A DNA stretch of 64,000 nt from Candidatus Omnitrophota bacterium (GCA_043826355.1 JBDRQI010000002.1:41223-105222), one strand, 5' to 3'. Shown: positions 1 through 10,227, numbered from the stretch's first letter. A program made the numbers and translations. The notes: a model not told the origin generated them from the letters alone.

Positions 1-2
1 AA

Positions 3-176
3 AAAAGTCTCTTGCGTACCCTTGAAAACGTAGTCTTAACCCCGCACATAGCCGGCGCGGTTGCAGACAATTGCTTCCGCCAGGGCAACTACGCGGTTAC
101 CGAACTGGAACGCTTCTTTTCCGGAAAGAAACCGCTCTATCCGGTGACAAAAGAGATGCTGGCAAGAATTGCCTGA
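3..176 (+). CDS. D-2-hydroxyacid dehydrogenase family protein, C-terminal part (truncated by window edge)
   Basis: Hand translation gives ...LRTLENVVLTPHIAGAVADNCFRQG...LARIA*. The NVVLTPHIAG motif is typical of the family. Confidence 0.8.
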   Translation, partial: KSLLRTLENVVLTPHIAGAVADNCFRQGNYAVTELERFFSGKKPLYPVTKEMLARIA

Positions 177-391
177 AATGATTAGCGGAAGCGTATTTGC
201 TAATGGTAAAATTTAATAAAGCAGGAATTGCATCGATTGGGTATTAGAAGATAGGACCCAATGCGGGTTAAGGGCTGAAGAAGTACTGACGACGAATGTC
301 CTGGATGGGCATTCCAATACCGAACTATAGCTATGGAAGTTTTCTGATGGCTCCCCGTTCCTTGTGGAAAAAGCAGTCAGAGAGGAGTGAG

Positions 392-1144
392 ATGAAAATA
401 ACATTTATTGGTGTTTCGTCCTGTATTCCCGATGTTGGTTCGGAGACAAGTTCTTTTCTTATTGATGCCAAAATTTTAGTGGACACCGGTTGGTGCGGCG
501 TTCTCAAGATGAGGGAATACAACCTTGACCCGTTAGACCTAGAATATCTTATTTTGACTCATTTCCATCAGGACCACTATCTTGGATTACCTCAATTACT
601 CTTCTATCTTGGAATTAAAAAATTAAACGGCGCGTATTTTCCCCGAAAACCCTTTACCATTATCGGACCTTCAAAACATCTCAACGAAGTGGTAACCAAA
701 GCGCAGGAATTTATGCAGATAAAGGAGTTCCCGGAACTTTCTCTTGATCTGAAGCTCGTTTCCCTTTCCCCGGGACAAAGCTATGTAAACAGAAAATTCC
801 GCCTTGACACCTTTCCGGCAAGACACCTGTCCGGTAAAAACATTCCTGAAGAGGCGTTTATCTGCAAATTTACCGAGATTGGCACCAATAAATTCTTTAC
901 CTTTACCGGGGACACTTCTTTTTATCCGCCCCTCGTTGATTTTGCAAAAGAAAGTCTTCTGTTTATCCATGATGCCTGCCACAGTTCGCCGAAAGAAGCG
1001 GCAACTATAGCCAAAATGGCAAGGGTAAAAAAACTTTATCTAATTCATTACCCAAGAAACAGAAAAAAGGAAATCATCACTAAGGCACGAAAGATTTTTC
1101 CCAAATCATTTTTGGCCAGAGAAGGGGGGATTTCAGAGATATGA
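392..1144 (+). CDS. RNase Z-like metallo-beta-lactamase-fold hydrolase
   Basis: Starts MKITFIG after a GAGGAG RBS (start moved from 296 to 392). Motifs THFHQDH, TGDT, HDA and IHYP. Confidence 0.8.
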   Translation: MKITFIGVSSCIPDVGSETSSFLIDAKILVDTGWCGVLKMREYNLDPLDLEYLILTHFHQDHYLGLPQLLFYLGIKKLNGAYFPRKPFTIIGPSKHLNEVVTKAQEFMQIKEFPELSLDLKLVSLSPGQSYVNRKFRLDTFPARHLSGKNIPEEAFICKFTEIGTNKFFTFTGDTSFYPPLVDFAKESLLFIHDACHSSPKEAATIAKMARVKKLYLIHYPRNRKKEIITKARKIFPKSFLAREGGISEI

Positions 1145-1881
1145 TCAGGATAAAGATTTTGGGTTCCGCCTCAGGCATACCGACAAAAACCAGGTTTAAT
1201 ACTTCAATTTCCCTTGTTGTTGGAGGAGACATATATTTATTTGATGCCGGCGAGCCTGTAAGCGGGCTTCTAATTAGAAATAACCTTGATTGGAACAAGA
1301 TTAGGGCCATTTTCATTTCACATCTTCACACCGACCATTTTTCCGGCATTTTCCAGTTGCTTCAGTCCATGCAGCTAACCCTTAGAAAAAATCCGCTGTA
1401 TCTTTTTATGCCTGCAAAAGGAATTGAATCTGTGGAAAAATTTCTAAAACTCTTTGCGATAGGACCGGAACACCTTCCTTTTAAATTGAATCTTCTTCCG
1501 GTACAGAAAGGTTTTAAAGATAAAAACCTTAGAATTTCTGCTTTTCCCACAACTCATTTCATCAGCACGCATCTTTCCGAAAGCTGGGGTTTTAAGATTG
1601 AGGGTAAAAAAAAGAAGATCCTGTATTCTGGAGATATTGGAAGTTTCAACGACCTAAATGACCATCTTGATAATTTAAACCTTCTTATTTTGGAGTTCGC
1701 GCACTTTAAACCGGAAGAAGCTTTCTCCTTTTTCTCTTCCAGGGGCAGAAAAATAAAAAAGATAGTTATTACGCATATCCATCCGGATCTGGATAAAACT
1801 GGAAAAGAAATATTGACTCCTAATGCCTCTTTGAACAAGAGGATTTTGGCCGGATACGATGGCATGGAGATAGACATTTAG
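1141..1881 (+). CDS. RNase Z-like metallo-beta-lactamase-fold hydrolase
   Basis: Motifs ILGSASGIP, FDAGE, SHLHTDH, YSGD and THIH. ATGA overlap with the previous gene. Confidence 0.82.
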   Translation: MIRIKILGSASGIPTKTRFNTSISLVVGGDIYLFDAGEPVSGLLIRNNLDWNKIRAIFISHLHTDHFSGIFQLLQSMQLTLRKNPLYLFMPAKGIESVEKFLKLFAIGPEHLPFKLNLLPVQKGFKDKNLRISAFPTTHFISTHLSESWGFKIEGKKKKILYSGDIGSFNDLNDHLDNLNLLILEFAHFKPEEAFSFFSSRGRKIKKIVITHIHPDLDKTGKEILTPNASLNKRILAGYDGMEIDI

Positions 1882-1932
1882 CGCGTGTCTGGGCTTGGAA
1901 AAAGATTGAAGGAGAGTTGATGCATGCTTCAA

Positions 1933-2069
1933 AAGCCCGTTTAATGCTAACGGAGAAATAACACAGTGAATTCCCTCAAAACCGGGGGGCTGGTTCCTTT
2001 CACCGGAATCAGTGGCTTCTTTGAGTGGAATACGCATCGAGTCCCGTTATTCGTCATTAAGTTGAGCTT
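1933..2069 (+). ncRNA. Candidate structured RNA: long rod-like hairpin with central asymmetric bubble (6S-like architecture)
   Basis: Nested pairings ttaatg/cattaa, taacgg/ccgtta, attcc/ggaat, ctcaaa/tttgag and gctggttcc/ggaatcagt. G-U pairs favour the + strand. Confidence 0.35.
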
Positions 2070-2219
2070 GCAGGAAAATCCTAATTTGTGCTAAAGTTAA
2101 GCACGGGGTAATAGTAATTCAACTGCCCATTTTCCCGAGGATTTATTCCGTAAAATGCTGGTGAATCCGCTGTTCTTTTTGCCTATTTTTACCGTGTATT
2201 TTTTCTAATTGGAGGTGGA

Positions 2220-2987
2220 ATGAAAATAGCTTGCAGTTCCTGGTCTTTTCACCGCACGATTGAAGCAGGGAAATTGGACCAGTTGTCCTGGGTTGAGAAG
2301 TGTGCCAAAGAATTGGAACTGGACGGCGTGGAACTTCTGGACGTTCATTTTCCAGAAACGGGGAAGGATTATCTCAGGAGATTGAAAAAGAGAATCACGG
2401 ATTTAGGGCTTACCGTTGCGGCAGTCAGCGCCAGCAACCACTTTACCACCCCGGATGACGCTAAACTTTGCCAGGAGGCGGCAAAAGTAAAGCAGTGGGC
2501 CGACGTTGCCGCCTACCTGGGCGCGCCGGTCCTGCGCTGTTTTGCCGGAAGCGGTCAGGAATTGGCTGATCCGGCTATTTTCAAACGCACCGCGGCTGCT
2601 TTAAGGGAATGCGCGGATTATTGCCGGGATAATCACGGTATCGTTCTGGCAATGGAGAATCACGGCGGGACTTCTGCAGAACAGATTATGGGATTAGTCA
2701 AAGCAGTGGACAGCGATTGGTTTCGTTTGACCCTGGATACCGGCAACTTTTCCCAAGACCCTTATGGTTCCATCCGTAAAGCCGCCCCCCTGGCGGTTTT
2801 TGTCCACGCCAAGACTTATGATATTGACGAGCTCGGGAACGAGAAACGGCTGGACTATGACCGGATACTTCAGATTTTCCGCGAAGTTTCATACCGGGGC
2901 TTCATTTCACTTGAATATGAAGGCGAGTCGGATGAAGAGTTGATGATACCTAAATCCGTCGTTCTTCTTAAGCGTCTTAACGCCTAA
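2220..2987 (+). CDS. Sugar phosphate isomerase/epimerase (xylose isomerase-like TIM barrel)
   Basis: Metal motifs MENHGG, LDTGNF, HAK and LEYEG. GGAGG RBS. Confidence 0.88.
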   Translation: MKIACSSWSFHRTIEAGKLDQLSWVEKCAKELELDGVELLDVHFPETGKDYLRRLKKRITDLGLTVAAVSASNHFTTPDDAKLCQEAAKVKQWADVAAYLGAPVLRCFAGSGQELADPAIFKRTAAALRECADYCRDNHGIVLAMENHGGTSAEQIMGLVKAVDSDWFRLTLDTGNFSQDPYGSIRKAAPLAVFVHAKTYDIDELGNEKRLDYDRILQIFREVSYRGFISLEYEGESDEELMIPKSVVLLKRLNA

Positions 2988-3010
2988 ATTTTACCGGAGG
3001 AGAGAAAGGG

Positions 3011-4075
3011 ATGGCAAAAAAAATAAGAGTGGGAATAATCGGCGCCGGCGGTATCGCTCAAGCGGGGCATATCCCCAGTTTTCAGAAAGTACCGGACGTG
3101 GAGATGGCGGCAATTTGTGACCCGAACATTGCCAAGGCGGATGTGGTAGCCCAAAAATTCGGCATTCCGAAAACCTTTGCCGACTATAGGAAGATGCTGT
3201 TGCAAAAAGATATTAACGTTATAAGCGTTTGTTCGCCCAACTATTTTCACAAAGAACAGGCAATAGCCGCCCTCTTAAGCGGCCGGGATGTTCTCTGCGA
3301 AAAACCGGTTTCCATGAACAGCACGGAAACAAAGGAGATTTTAAAGGCGGTTTCCCAAACCGGCCGGAAATTCATGGTCGCTTTTCCGCACCGCTTTTCC
3401 ACGGTCTCCACCTTTCTTAAAAAACTCATTTCCGAAGGTGAATTCGGTCAGGTTTATTACGCCCGGGCAAATTGTCTGAGACGTCGCGGCATCCCCGGTT
3501 TGGGCGGCTGGTTTACCACCAAAAAACTATCCGGCGGCGGTCCTTTGATTGACATAGGCGTCCACATCCTGGACAAAACCTACTGGCTGATGGGTGCGCC
3601 CAAGCCGGTTTCGGTTACCGGCGTTACCTTTCAAAAATTCAAGGAGGTGGCTACCGACGGCGGCTGGCCTTCTTTGGAAACCCGGCATCCCGGCGACAAA
3701 TACGGCGGCACCTTTGAAGTGGAAGATTTGGCGGCCGCTTTCATCCGGTTTGATAACGGCGCCGCCCTTGTTCTGGAGGCATCCTGGTCCGGCAATTCGG
3801 AGACAGTGATGACCTACAGTCTCTTTGGCGAAAAGGCAGGCGCCAGAGAGGACGCTTCCGGCCTTACGATTTTCGGTGAGAAAGCCGGGGTTCTAATCGA
3901 TACGACCCCTTCTTTGCCGCTGGTCAATGTTTACGACGAAGAGATAAAAGATTTTGTTTCCTGCGTCCGGGAAGACCGGCCGCCCATCACCACCCCGGCG
4001 CAGATTCTGGCTGTAAGCCAGATATTGGAAGGAGTGTATAAATCGGCGGAAACCGGTAAAGAAGTCAAATTGTAA
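3011..4075 (+). CDS. Gfo/Idh/MocA family oxidoreductase
   Basis: Motifs GIIGAGGIA, CEKP, GGGPLIDIGVH and VED. Confidence 0.92.
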   Translation: MAKKIRVGIIGAGGIAQAGHIPSFQKVPDVEMAAICDPNIAKADVVAQKFGIPKTFADYRKMLLQKDINVISVCSPNYFHKEQAIAALLSGRDVLCEKPVSMNSTETKEILKAVSQTGRKFMVAFPHRFSTVSTFLKKLISEGEFGQVYYARANCLRRRGIPGLGGWFTTKKLSGGGPLIDIGVHILDKTYWLMGAPKPVSVTGVTFQKFKEVATDGGWPSLETRHPGDKYGGTFEVEDLAAAFIRFDNGAALVLEASWSGNSETVMTYSLFGEKAGAREDASGLTIFGEKAGVLIDTTPSLPLVNVYDEEIKDFVSCVREDRPPITTPAQILAVSQILEGVYKSAETGKEVKL

Positions 4076-4092
4076 GAGAAGCGGTTAAAATT

Positions 4093-5253
4093 ATGGCAAA
4101 AACGGATAAACACCGGGTGGCGGTTGTAGGCTGTGGCGCTTTGGCGCAGGGTGTACACCTGCCCAACATTCAACGTAATCCGCGTTTACAGCTTATTGTT
4201 GCTTGTGACCGTGACCAGAGAGTTGCGGAGATGTGCCGCGCAAAGTTTGGGGCGCAACGGGTTGAAACAGACTGGCATAAAGTAGTTGATGCCTCGGACG
4301 TTGACCTGGTCGTGCTTGCTACTCACATAAATCTGCGCGGTGAACTGATTATTCCGGCGTTGAAAGCCGGGAAACCTGTTTATACCGAAAAACCCCTGAG
4401 TCCGGACGACCGGGAAATGCGGGAAATCGTAAAGACCTTTCGGGAGACCGGCGTTTCCGTCTGCGTCGGTCATAACCGCCGTTCCAGCCCGGCGATGCTT
4501 GAATTTCGGCGGATACTGGAGAAAGCCCGGTCAGGCATATCGGCAACCAGGCCCTGTGTGGACCGTAGTTTAAACCGGAAATCAACGAATTCCAAAGAAG
4601 CCTGCACCCAGATTCTGATGCGCATTAATGACGATGACCGAAGTTGGAAAGATTGGGCTTTCCGGGATGCTCAGGGAATTATGTTTGCCGAGATGGTTCA
4701 TTTTATCGACCTGGCTCTCTGGTTTAATGAGGGCTATCCGGTCCGTCTCTTTGCGGAAGGGTCGCCCCACGGAAATTTCACGTTGATCTTAAAATTTAAT
4801 GATGGTTCGATAACAACAATGCAGCACACCAGTATAGGCAACTTTGATTACCCGAAAGAGCTTTTTGAAGTTACGACACACTATATCACCGTTGCGATGG
4901 ACCAGTATATTGAAGTTCGCCAGATGGGGATTGCGGATGAACCGGTGCTGCAGACATTCCCTTACGCGGAAGATTGCGGATGGGCCGGAAAAGAGGGTAT
5001 GACCGGGTATATGTTTTCGTTAACTGAGGAACGAAAACGGGCTTTAGCTGAAGGACGGCTGCCGCGCTGGATTAACGTAAACAAGGGGCACTATCAGCAC
5101 ATGAATCTTTTTCTTGATTGCATTGAAGGTAAAGGTCCCAATCCCTGCGGCGTGGAAAGCGCGGTCCCGGTAAACCGGCTGGCGATGAAATTTCTGGAAT
5201 CGGCGGCGTCCGGCCTGCCTGTTGCTCTCGGCCCGGAAATTCTGGAAGTATAG
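4093..5253 (+). CDS. Gfo/Idh/MocA family oxidoreductase
   Basis: Motifs VVGCGALA, TEKP, GHNRR and EMVHFID. Confidence 0.88.
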   Translation: MAKTDKHRVAVVGCGALAQGVHLPNIQRNPRLQLIVACDRDQRVAEMCRAKFGAQRVETDWHKVVDASDVDLVVLATHINLRGELIIPALKAGKPVYTEKPLSPDDREMREIVKTFRETGVSVCVGHNRRSSPAMLEFRRILEKARSGISATRPCVDRSLNRKSTNSKEACTQILMRINDDDRSWKDWAFRDAQGIMFAEMVHFIDLALWFNEGYPVRLFAEGSPHGNFTLILKFNDGSITTMQHTSIGNFDYPKELFEVTTHYITVAMDQYIEVRQMGIADEPVLQTFPYAEDCGWAGKEGMTGYMFSLTEERKRALAEGRLPRWINVNKGHYQHMNLFLDCIEGKGPNPCGVESAVPVNRLAMKFLESAASGLPVALGPEILEV

Positions 5254-5289
5254 GAATGACATGGGTTGCCAAAAAAATAAAATTGCCCC

Positions 5290-6495
5290 CTAAGCCCGGG
5301 AAACCCGGTTTCGGCCTTCTTTTTTAGACCGGTAAAGAGCGTCGTCAACTTTTTTAAGCAATTTTTCCCGGTCGCCGGCATCGGCCGGAAAAGCGGCAAC
5401 ACCGATGGAAACGCTCAGATTTTTATCGGGTTGCTTCTTGTCGTCGGGAAGTCGGTGCACCTCCATTTCCCGGCGTATCTTTTCCGCCTTTACAAATGCG
5501 GCTTCTTTATCCGTTTCCGTTAGTATTACGCAGAATTCGTCCCCGCCGTACCGGGCGGCAATATCGGTAGTCCTGATATTTCCCCGGATTATTTTGGCGG
5601 CGGAGGCCAGGAGCGCATCCCCGGCCTGGTGACCGTAGGTGTCGTTGTAACCTTTAAAGAAATCAACGTCAATCATTAAAAGAGAAAGGGAATGTTTATA
5701 CCGGTTGCTCCGGTTTAGTTCCTCGTAAAGTAATTTTTGGAAATGACGGTGGTTGTAAAGCCCGGTCAAGCCGTCGGTCAGGGACAGAAATTCCACCTCC
5801 TTGTATAGCCGGGCATTTTCCAGGGCGATGCCGACCTGATTGGTGAAAAAGGAGAGGGTTTTAATTTCACCTTCGTTGTGGAAATTTTTCCCGTCGGTTT
5901 CCAACAGGAAGACGCCCAGGGTGTTTTGGGCGACCGCCACCGGAATCGCCAGAAAAGCAGACAGGCGCGCCCTGTTTATAAAATCCCGGTCGCAGCGGTA
6001 ATCGTTCCGGGCGTTCAGGGTTTCAAAACTCTGCTGGGTTAACGCCACTTTTGGAATGATCCCGAACGCTTCGTGGAGCGGGAAGGAAAACCCCCTGATT
6101 TCGGATAGTTCCATTCCAAAAGCGGCCCGGCCTTCTATCGTTTTCTTCCCTCCTTCTTCTTTAACCCAGAAGAGCAGGATTCTTTTGGATGAAGGCAGGA
6201 TTTCTTTCAGGGCGAGCAGAATTATCTCCAGCGTATCTTCGGATTCGGTGGCAAGCGCAAAGGACTGGGCAACTTCATTAGCCGACAGCAGCCCCTCGTA
6301 TAAATTCTGGGAATTCACCAATTTAATTTTTTGTTGTTTGTCTATGAAGAAGAGCAGTCCGGTGAGTAAAATGATTGGTGCGGCAACAATTGCCAGGCCT
6401 GATTTTAGAGCGTAAAAGATGGAAAAAATAGAGAGAACTATAGAGAGGATGATAATTGGGTAATCGATAATCACATTCTTAACCCGTCTCTTCAT
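5290..6495 (-). CDS. Membrane-anchored GAF-GGDEF diguanylate cyclase
   Basis: Two N-terminal hydrophobic segments, a GAF domain ending IALENARLY, TDGLTGLYN, an RTTD I-site and RYGGDEF. Confidence 0.93.
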   Translation of the reverse strand: MKRRVKNVIIDYPIIILSIVLSIFSIFYALKSGLAIVAAPIILLTGLLFFIDKQQKIKLVNSQNLYEGLLSANEVAQSFALATESEDTLEIILLALKEILPSSKRILLFWVKEEGGKKTIEGRAAFGMELSEIRGFSFPLHEAFGIIPKVALTQQSFETLNARNDYRCDRDFINRARLSAFLAIPVAVAQNTLGVFLLETDGKNFHNEGEIKTLSFFTNQVGIALENARLYKEVEFLSLTDGLTGLYNHRHFQKLLYEELNRSNRYKHSLSLLMIDVDFFKGYNDTYGHQAGDALLASAAKIIRGNIRTTDIAARYGGDEFCVILTETDKEAAFVKAEKIRREMEVHRLPDDKKQPDKNLSVSIGVAAFPADAGDREKLLKKVDDALYRSKKEGRNRVSRA

Positions 6496-6502
6496 TGTGT
6501 TA

Positions 6503-6511
6503 ATTATAACA
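6503..6511 (-). promoter_or_regulatory. Extended -10 promoter (TGTTATAAT), probably leaderless transcript for the GGDEF gene
   Basis: The minus strand reads TGTTATAAT-taacaca-ATG with no SD sequence. Confidence 0.55.
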
Positions 6512-6931
6512 GGATTAATTTAAAAGCGCCGAAAATTCAGGGCGTTGGTTTATAATTCAATTGGCCGGCTGACTTATGGTCAAGATGGAGATGTGTGTTT
6601 TCGTGGAGACGAAAAAAAGAAGCGGGTAACCGGGAGTCGCGGAAAATGGTGGTGTGCATCGATAATTATAAACTTTTGTTTTCCGTCGGATAAATATCCG
6701 GCGTTCCTTTTGTCAACTGTTATGCAAATATTATAATATCTTCCGGAACATTCGTCAAAAAGTTGCATCGAAAGATAAGTTGATAAAGAAGACACGAAAC
6801 TGTGTTATAATTATCTCTAAGAGAGGGAGGGTTAGGGCGGGTCTTTTTACCGGGGGCATAACTTCAAAATATCCCTTGCCCGGCCGTATCCAATTTGTTA
6901 AGCAAAATAGTAATGTATCCAGAGGTTATCA

Positions 6932-7120
6932 ATGAGTAATAATTTCAACACTCTGTCGATGAGACCGTATCAATTAATGTGTATTGTGTGCAGGATTGGC
7001 GCCGGCATTGAACGCGGACCGGAATGGAGGGTTTGCGGAGGAAAAGAGGGCGGCCCGGACTATCTAAAAGCAAGAAAAAAAAGATTGAATATAAGGAGAC
7101 ACGTTGTCCGTTACACTTAA
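6932..7120 (+). pseudogene. Short ORF, probable internally deleted remnant of a Cys-rich DUF1284-like protein
   Basis: GAGG RBS. The start MRPYQLMCIVCRIG resembles LRxHHLLC-type starts and is joined to a PEWRVCGG..YLKAR end. Only 62 aa. Confidence 0.35.
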
Positions 7121-7157
7121 TTTAATAAAACGGGTGCGCCATCCATAAGGGTAAATT

Positions 7158-7188
7158 CCTCCTGAAACTCTTTCCGGAGGGTGTTTTT
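7158..7188 (+). terminator. Putative intrinsic terminator between convergent ORFs
   Basis: cctcctgaaa/tttccggagg stem followed by gtgttttt. Confidence 0.4.
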
Positions 7189-7218
7189 ATTGATAAACCG
7201 GTTGAAAAACTCTGATTT

Positions 7219-8913
7219 CTAAAACAAACCCACCACGTTGCCTTTTTCGTCAACATCCACTTTTGTGCCGGCCGGCTCGCTGGGCAGTCCGGGCATGGTG
7301 CGCATCTCTCCGCAAAACGGATAAAGAAAACCGGCGCCGGCTGCCAGGCGGATGTCTCTGATGGGCAGGGTGAACCCGGTTGGCCTCCCCTTCAGTTTGG
7401 GGTCGTGCGAAAGCGAAAGATGGGTCTTGGCCATGCAGATGGGCAGGTCGTTGTACCCAAGGTTGGTGTAGTATTTGATTTTTCCCTCGGCCAGCGGCGC
7501 GAACTCAACCCGGGCCGCACCGTAGATTTTAGTCGCAATCGTCTCAATCTTTTCCTTGATGGTCGCGTCAAGGGGATAAAGAAACCGGAAATTGCCCGGT
7601 TGATTGGCGGCTGCGATCACTGCTTCCGCCAGTTCCTTGCCGCCTTCGCCGCCCTTCGCCCAGACGTTGCTTTCGCAGGCGTTGTCGGAGCCGGATTGGA
7701 GCGCAATTTTCTTTACCGCGGCAATCTCGGAATCAAAGTCGGTTGGGAACCGGTTAATCGCAACCACCACCGGCACGCCGTAAAGCCGGACATTTTCAAT
7801 GTGTTTGACGAGGTTTGCCGCGCCCTCCGTTACGACGGAAGGGTTTTCCTCCAAAAGTTTTTTGGGTAAGGGCTTGCCCGGTGTGACCGAAAATTTACCG
7901 CTGTGCATCTTTAAGGCCCGGACCGAGCAGACGATTACCACCGCATCCGGTTTCAAACCACTGACCCGGCACTTGATGTCAAAGAACTTTTCCGCTCCGC
8001 AGTCCGCTCCAAAGCCGCTTTCGGTTACCAGGTATTCTGCCAGGTGAATTCCCAGTTGGTCCGCGATGACGGAACTGTTGCCGTGGGCGATGTTGGCGAA
8101 AGGCCCGGCATGGACCAGGCACGGCGTATGTTCCAGGGTCTGCATGAGCGTTGGTTTGATTGCGTCTTTCAGGAGAACCGCCATGGCGCCGGCGCACTTG
8201 AGGTCTTCCGCAGTTATTGGTTTGCCTTCTTTGCTTAAACCGACTACAATCTTGCCCAGTCGTTTCCTGAGGTCAAAGAGGTCGGTGGTCAGGGCCAGGA
8301 TTGCCATTACTTCGGAGGCAACGGTGATGTCAAAAGACGATTCCCGGGGCACCCCGTCTTCCTTGCCGCCCAACCCGGTTACGATTTTACGCAGGGCCCG
8401 GTCGCTGACGTCAACCACCCTGGGCCAGGTGATGGAATAGGGATTGAGGTTGAAAGGGTTCTTATGGTAGAGGGAGTTGTCAATGAAGGCCGAGAGAAGG
8501 TTGTGCGCCAGACCCACCGCGTGGACGTCTCCGGTCAGGTGCAGGTTGAAGTCCTCCATCGGAATAACCTGAGAATATCCGCCGCCGGCCGCGCCCCCTT
8601 TAATGCCGAAGACCGGTCCCAGGGATGGTTGCCGGATGCAGGTGAGGACGCTTTTCCCAATCGTGGCCAGCGCCTGGGAAAGGCCGATGGTGGTAACAGT
8701 CTTGCCTTCGCCCAGCGGTGTCGGTGTAATGGCAGTGACGTCGATATACTTCCCCTTCGGCTTATTTTTTACGCGGTCGGTTGCCTTCAGGTCAATTTTT
8801 GCTTTGTACTTTCCGTAAAGTTCCAGCTCGTCATCAAGAATGCCTAACTTTTCCGCAATTTCTTTAATCGGTTTTATCTTTGCTTTCTGGGCAATTTCCA
8901 GGTCGGACAGCAT
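7219..8913 (-). CDS. fhs: Formate--tetrahydrofolate ligase
   Basis: Motifs TPTPLGEGKT, GIKGGAAGGGYSQ, HAGPFANIAHG, CMAKT and MPGL. Confidence 0.98.
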   Translation of the reverse strand: MLSDLEIAQKAKIKPIKEIAEKLGILDDELELYGKYKAKIDLKATDRVKNKPKGKYIDVTAITPTPLGEGKTVTTIGLSQALATIGKSVLTCIRQPSLGPVFGIKGGAAGGGYSQVIPMEDFNLHLTGDVHAVGLAHNLLSAFIDNSLYHKNPFNLNPYSITWPRVVDVSDRALRKIVTGLGGKEDGVPRESSFDITVASEVMAILALTTDLFDLRKRLGKIVVGLSKEGKPITAEDLKCAGAMAVLLKDAIKPTLMQTLEHTPCLVHAGPFANIAHGNSSVIADQLGIHLAEYLVTESGFGADCGAEKFFDIKCRVSGLKPDAVVIVCSVRALKMHSGKFSVTPGKPLPKKLLEENPSVVTEGAANLVKHIENVRLYGVPVVVAINRFPTDFDSEIAAVKKIALQSGSDNACESNVWAKGGEGGKELAEAVIAAANQPGNFRFLYPLDATIKEKIETIATKIYGAARVEFAPLAEGKIKYYTNLGYNDLPICMAKTHLSLSHDPKLKGRPTGFTLPIRDIRLAAGAGFLYPFCGEMRTMPGLPSEPAGTKVDVDEKGNVVGLF

Positions 8914-8931
8914 AATGCCTCCCTTAATTTT

Positions 8932-10227
8932 TTATAATGGAACACCGCTGTAATCAATAATTTTCGGTCTGCCGTCCAGTTTCAGTTTGATGACCGTGTC
9001 GTTTCGGTCCGGCGGTTCTTTGGGCAGGCCCGTTAAGAAAAGCCGGCCGTCTTTGGTCTGTTTTATCTTTGCCTTTTGACCGGTCGCCAGAATGGTGGCC
9101 GAAATGACTTTATTTCTTATTCCCGGCATGGAAGCGGTCTCTCCGGGCCAGCGGAAGATATGCCAGTAAAGGCAATTTCCTTTTGCGGTGGTTTTTCCGG
9201 CCATGCCGCCAAACCAATCCCCGACCGGACTGTTATGGGTCGGAATTCTTTCCGAACCATAGATGGATTCAGCGTTAATCTTCATCCATTTTCCAATTTC
9301 TTTCAACCGCGTTACCTCCTCTTCCCTTACCGTTCCATCCGGTTTTGGCCCGATATTAAGAAGGTAGTTTCCGGTTCCGCTGGCTGCGGTTACCAGGTGC
9401 TGAATTAGTTGGGTGGTTGTTTTAAAGTTGGGGTTGTTTTTGGTATATCCCCAGCCGCAGAAGTCGCCCATTGTCATGCAGGATTCAGAAGCCCGGCCTG
9501 GCTTGGAGGCGGTTACCGTCTGCTCGGGCGTGTCCACGTCCTCGTCCAGACCGGAGCGGTTGTTAATGATGATTTTTGGCTGAAGGTTTCTTACCATCCA
9601 GTTAAGTTCTTTAGAACGCCAGAACGTAGTGCTTTCCGAGGCCATTACTTTGCCGTCTTCCATAGACCGGGGCAGGGGAACACCCGGTATCCACTCCCCG
9701 TCGTAAAAGAGATAATCAATCTTTCCGTAGTTGGTCATCAGTTCCCTGACCTGGCCGTGCAGTTGCTTAACCATCGCCTGGAAACTTTCCGGGTATTTTT
9801 TCATGTTGAAGTACCCGGGAAAGCGCCAGTCCAAAAGGGAGTAATAGAGACCCACCTTAAGCCCGGCTTTGCGGCAGGATTTGACGTATTCAGCCACAAA
9901 ATCCTTCTTGGCTACGGTCTTAACCGAAGTGAAGTCGCTTACCTTGCTGTCAAAGAGGCAGAAGCCGTCGTGGTGCCGGGTGGTGAGGACCATGTATTTC
10001 ATCCCGGTCTCTTTTGCCAGGGAAGCCCAGCGGTCAGCGTTAAACTTGGCAGGTTTGAATTGGCCGGCCAGTTTGGCGTACTCGTCCGGCGGGATGCGTT
10101 CTGCAAACATCGTCCATTCGCCCCGGCCCATCAGGGAATAGAGTCCCCAGTGGATGAACATTCCAAACCGCGCCCGGTTAAACCAGGCCATCCGTTTTTC
10201 GTAGGATAAATCACTTTTTGTTTTCAT
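8932..10227 (-). CDS. Alpha-L-fucosidase (GH29)
   Basis: Motifs RFGMFIHWGLYS, TRHHDGFCLF, YYSLLDW, FYDG and LLNIGP. Confidence 0.93.
   Translation of the reverse strand: MKTKSDLSYEKRMAWFNRARFGMFIHWGLYSLMGRGEWTMFAERIPPDEYAKLAGQFKPAKFNADRWASLAKETGMKYMVLTTRHHDGFCLFDSKVSDFTSVKTVAKKDFVAEYVKSCRKAGLKVGLYYSLLDWRFPGYFNMKKYPESFQAMVKQLHGQVRELMTNYGKIDYLFYDGEWIPGVPLPRSMEDGKVMASESTTFWRSKELNWMVRNLQPKIIINNRSGLDEDVDTPEQTVTASKPGRASESCMTMGDFCGWGYTKNNPNFKTTTQLIQHLVTAASGTGNYLLNIGPKPDGTVREEEVTRLKEIGKWMKINAESIYGSERIPTHNSPVGDWFGGMAGKTTAKGNCLYWHIFRWPGETASMPGIRNKVISATILATGQKAKIKQTKDGRLFLTGLPKEPPDRNDTVIKLKLDGRPKIIDYSGVPL

Noticed and set aside
236..391. Reading frame continuing through a TAG (…TEL*LWKFSDGSPFLVEK…), suggesting stop read-through or recoding
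   Set aside because: It has no start codon and is short, and TAG is used as a normal stop elsewhere in the window. It is more likely a decayed gene fragment.
6820..6890. Possible c-di-GMP or THF riboswitch near the GGDEF gene and the C1 cluster
   Set aside because: No recognisable aptamer consensus, only weak GC pairing.
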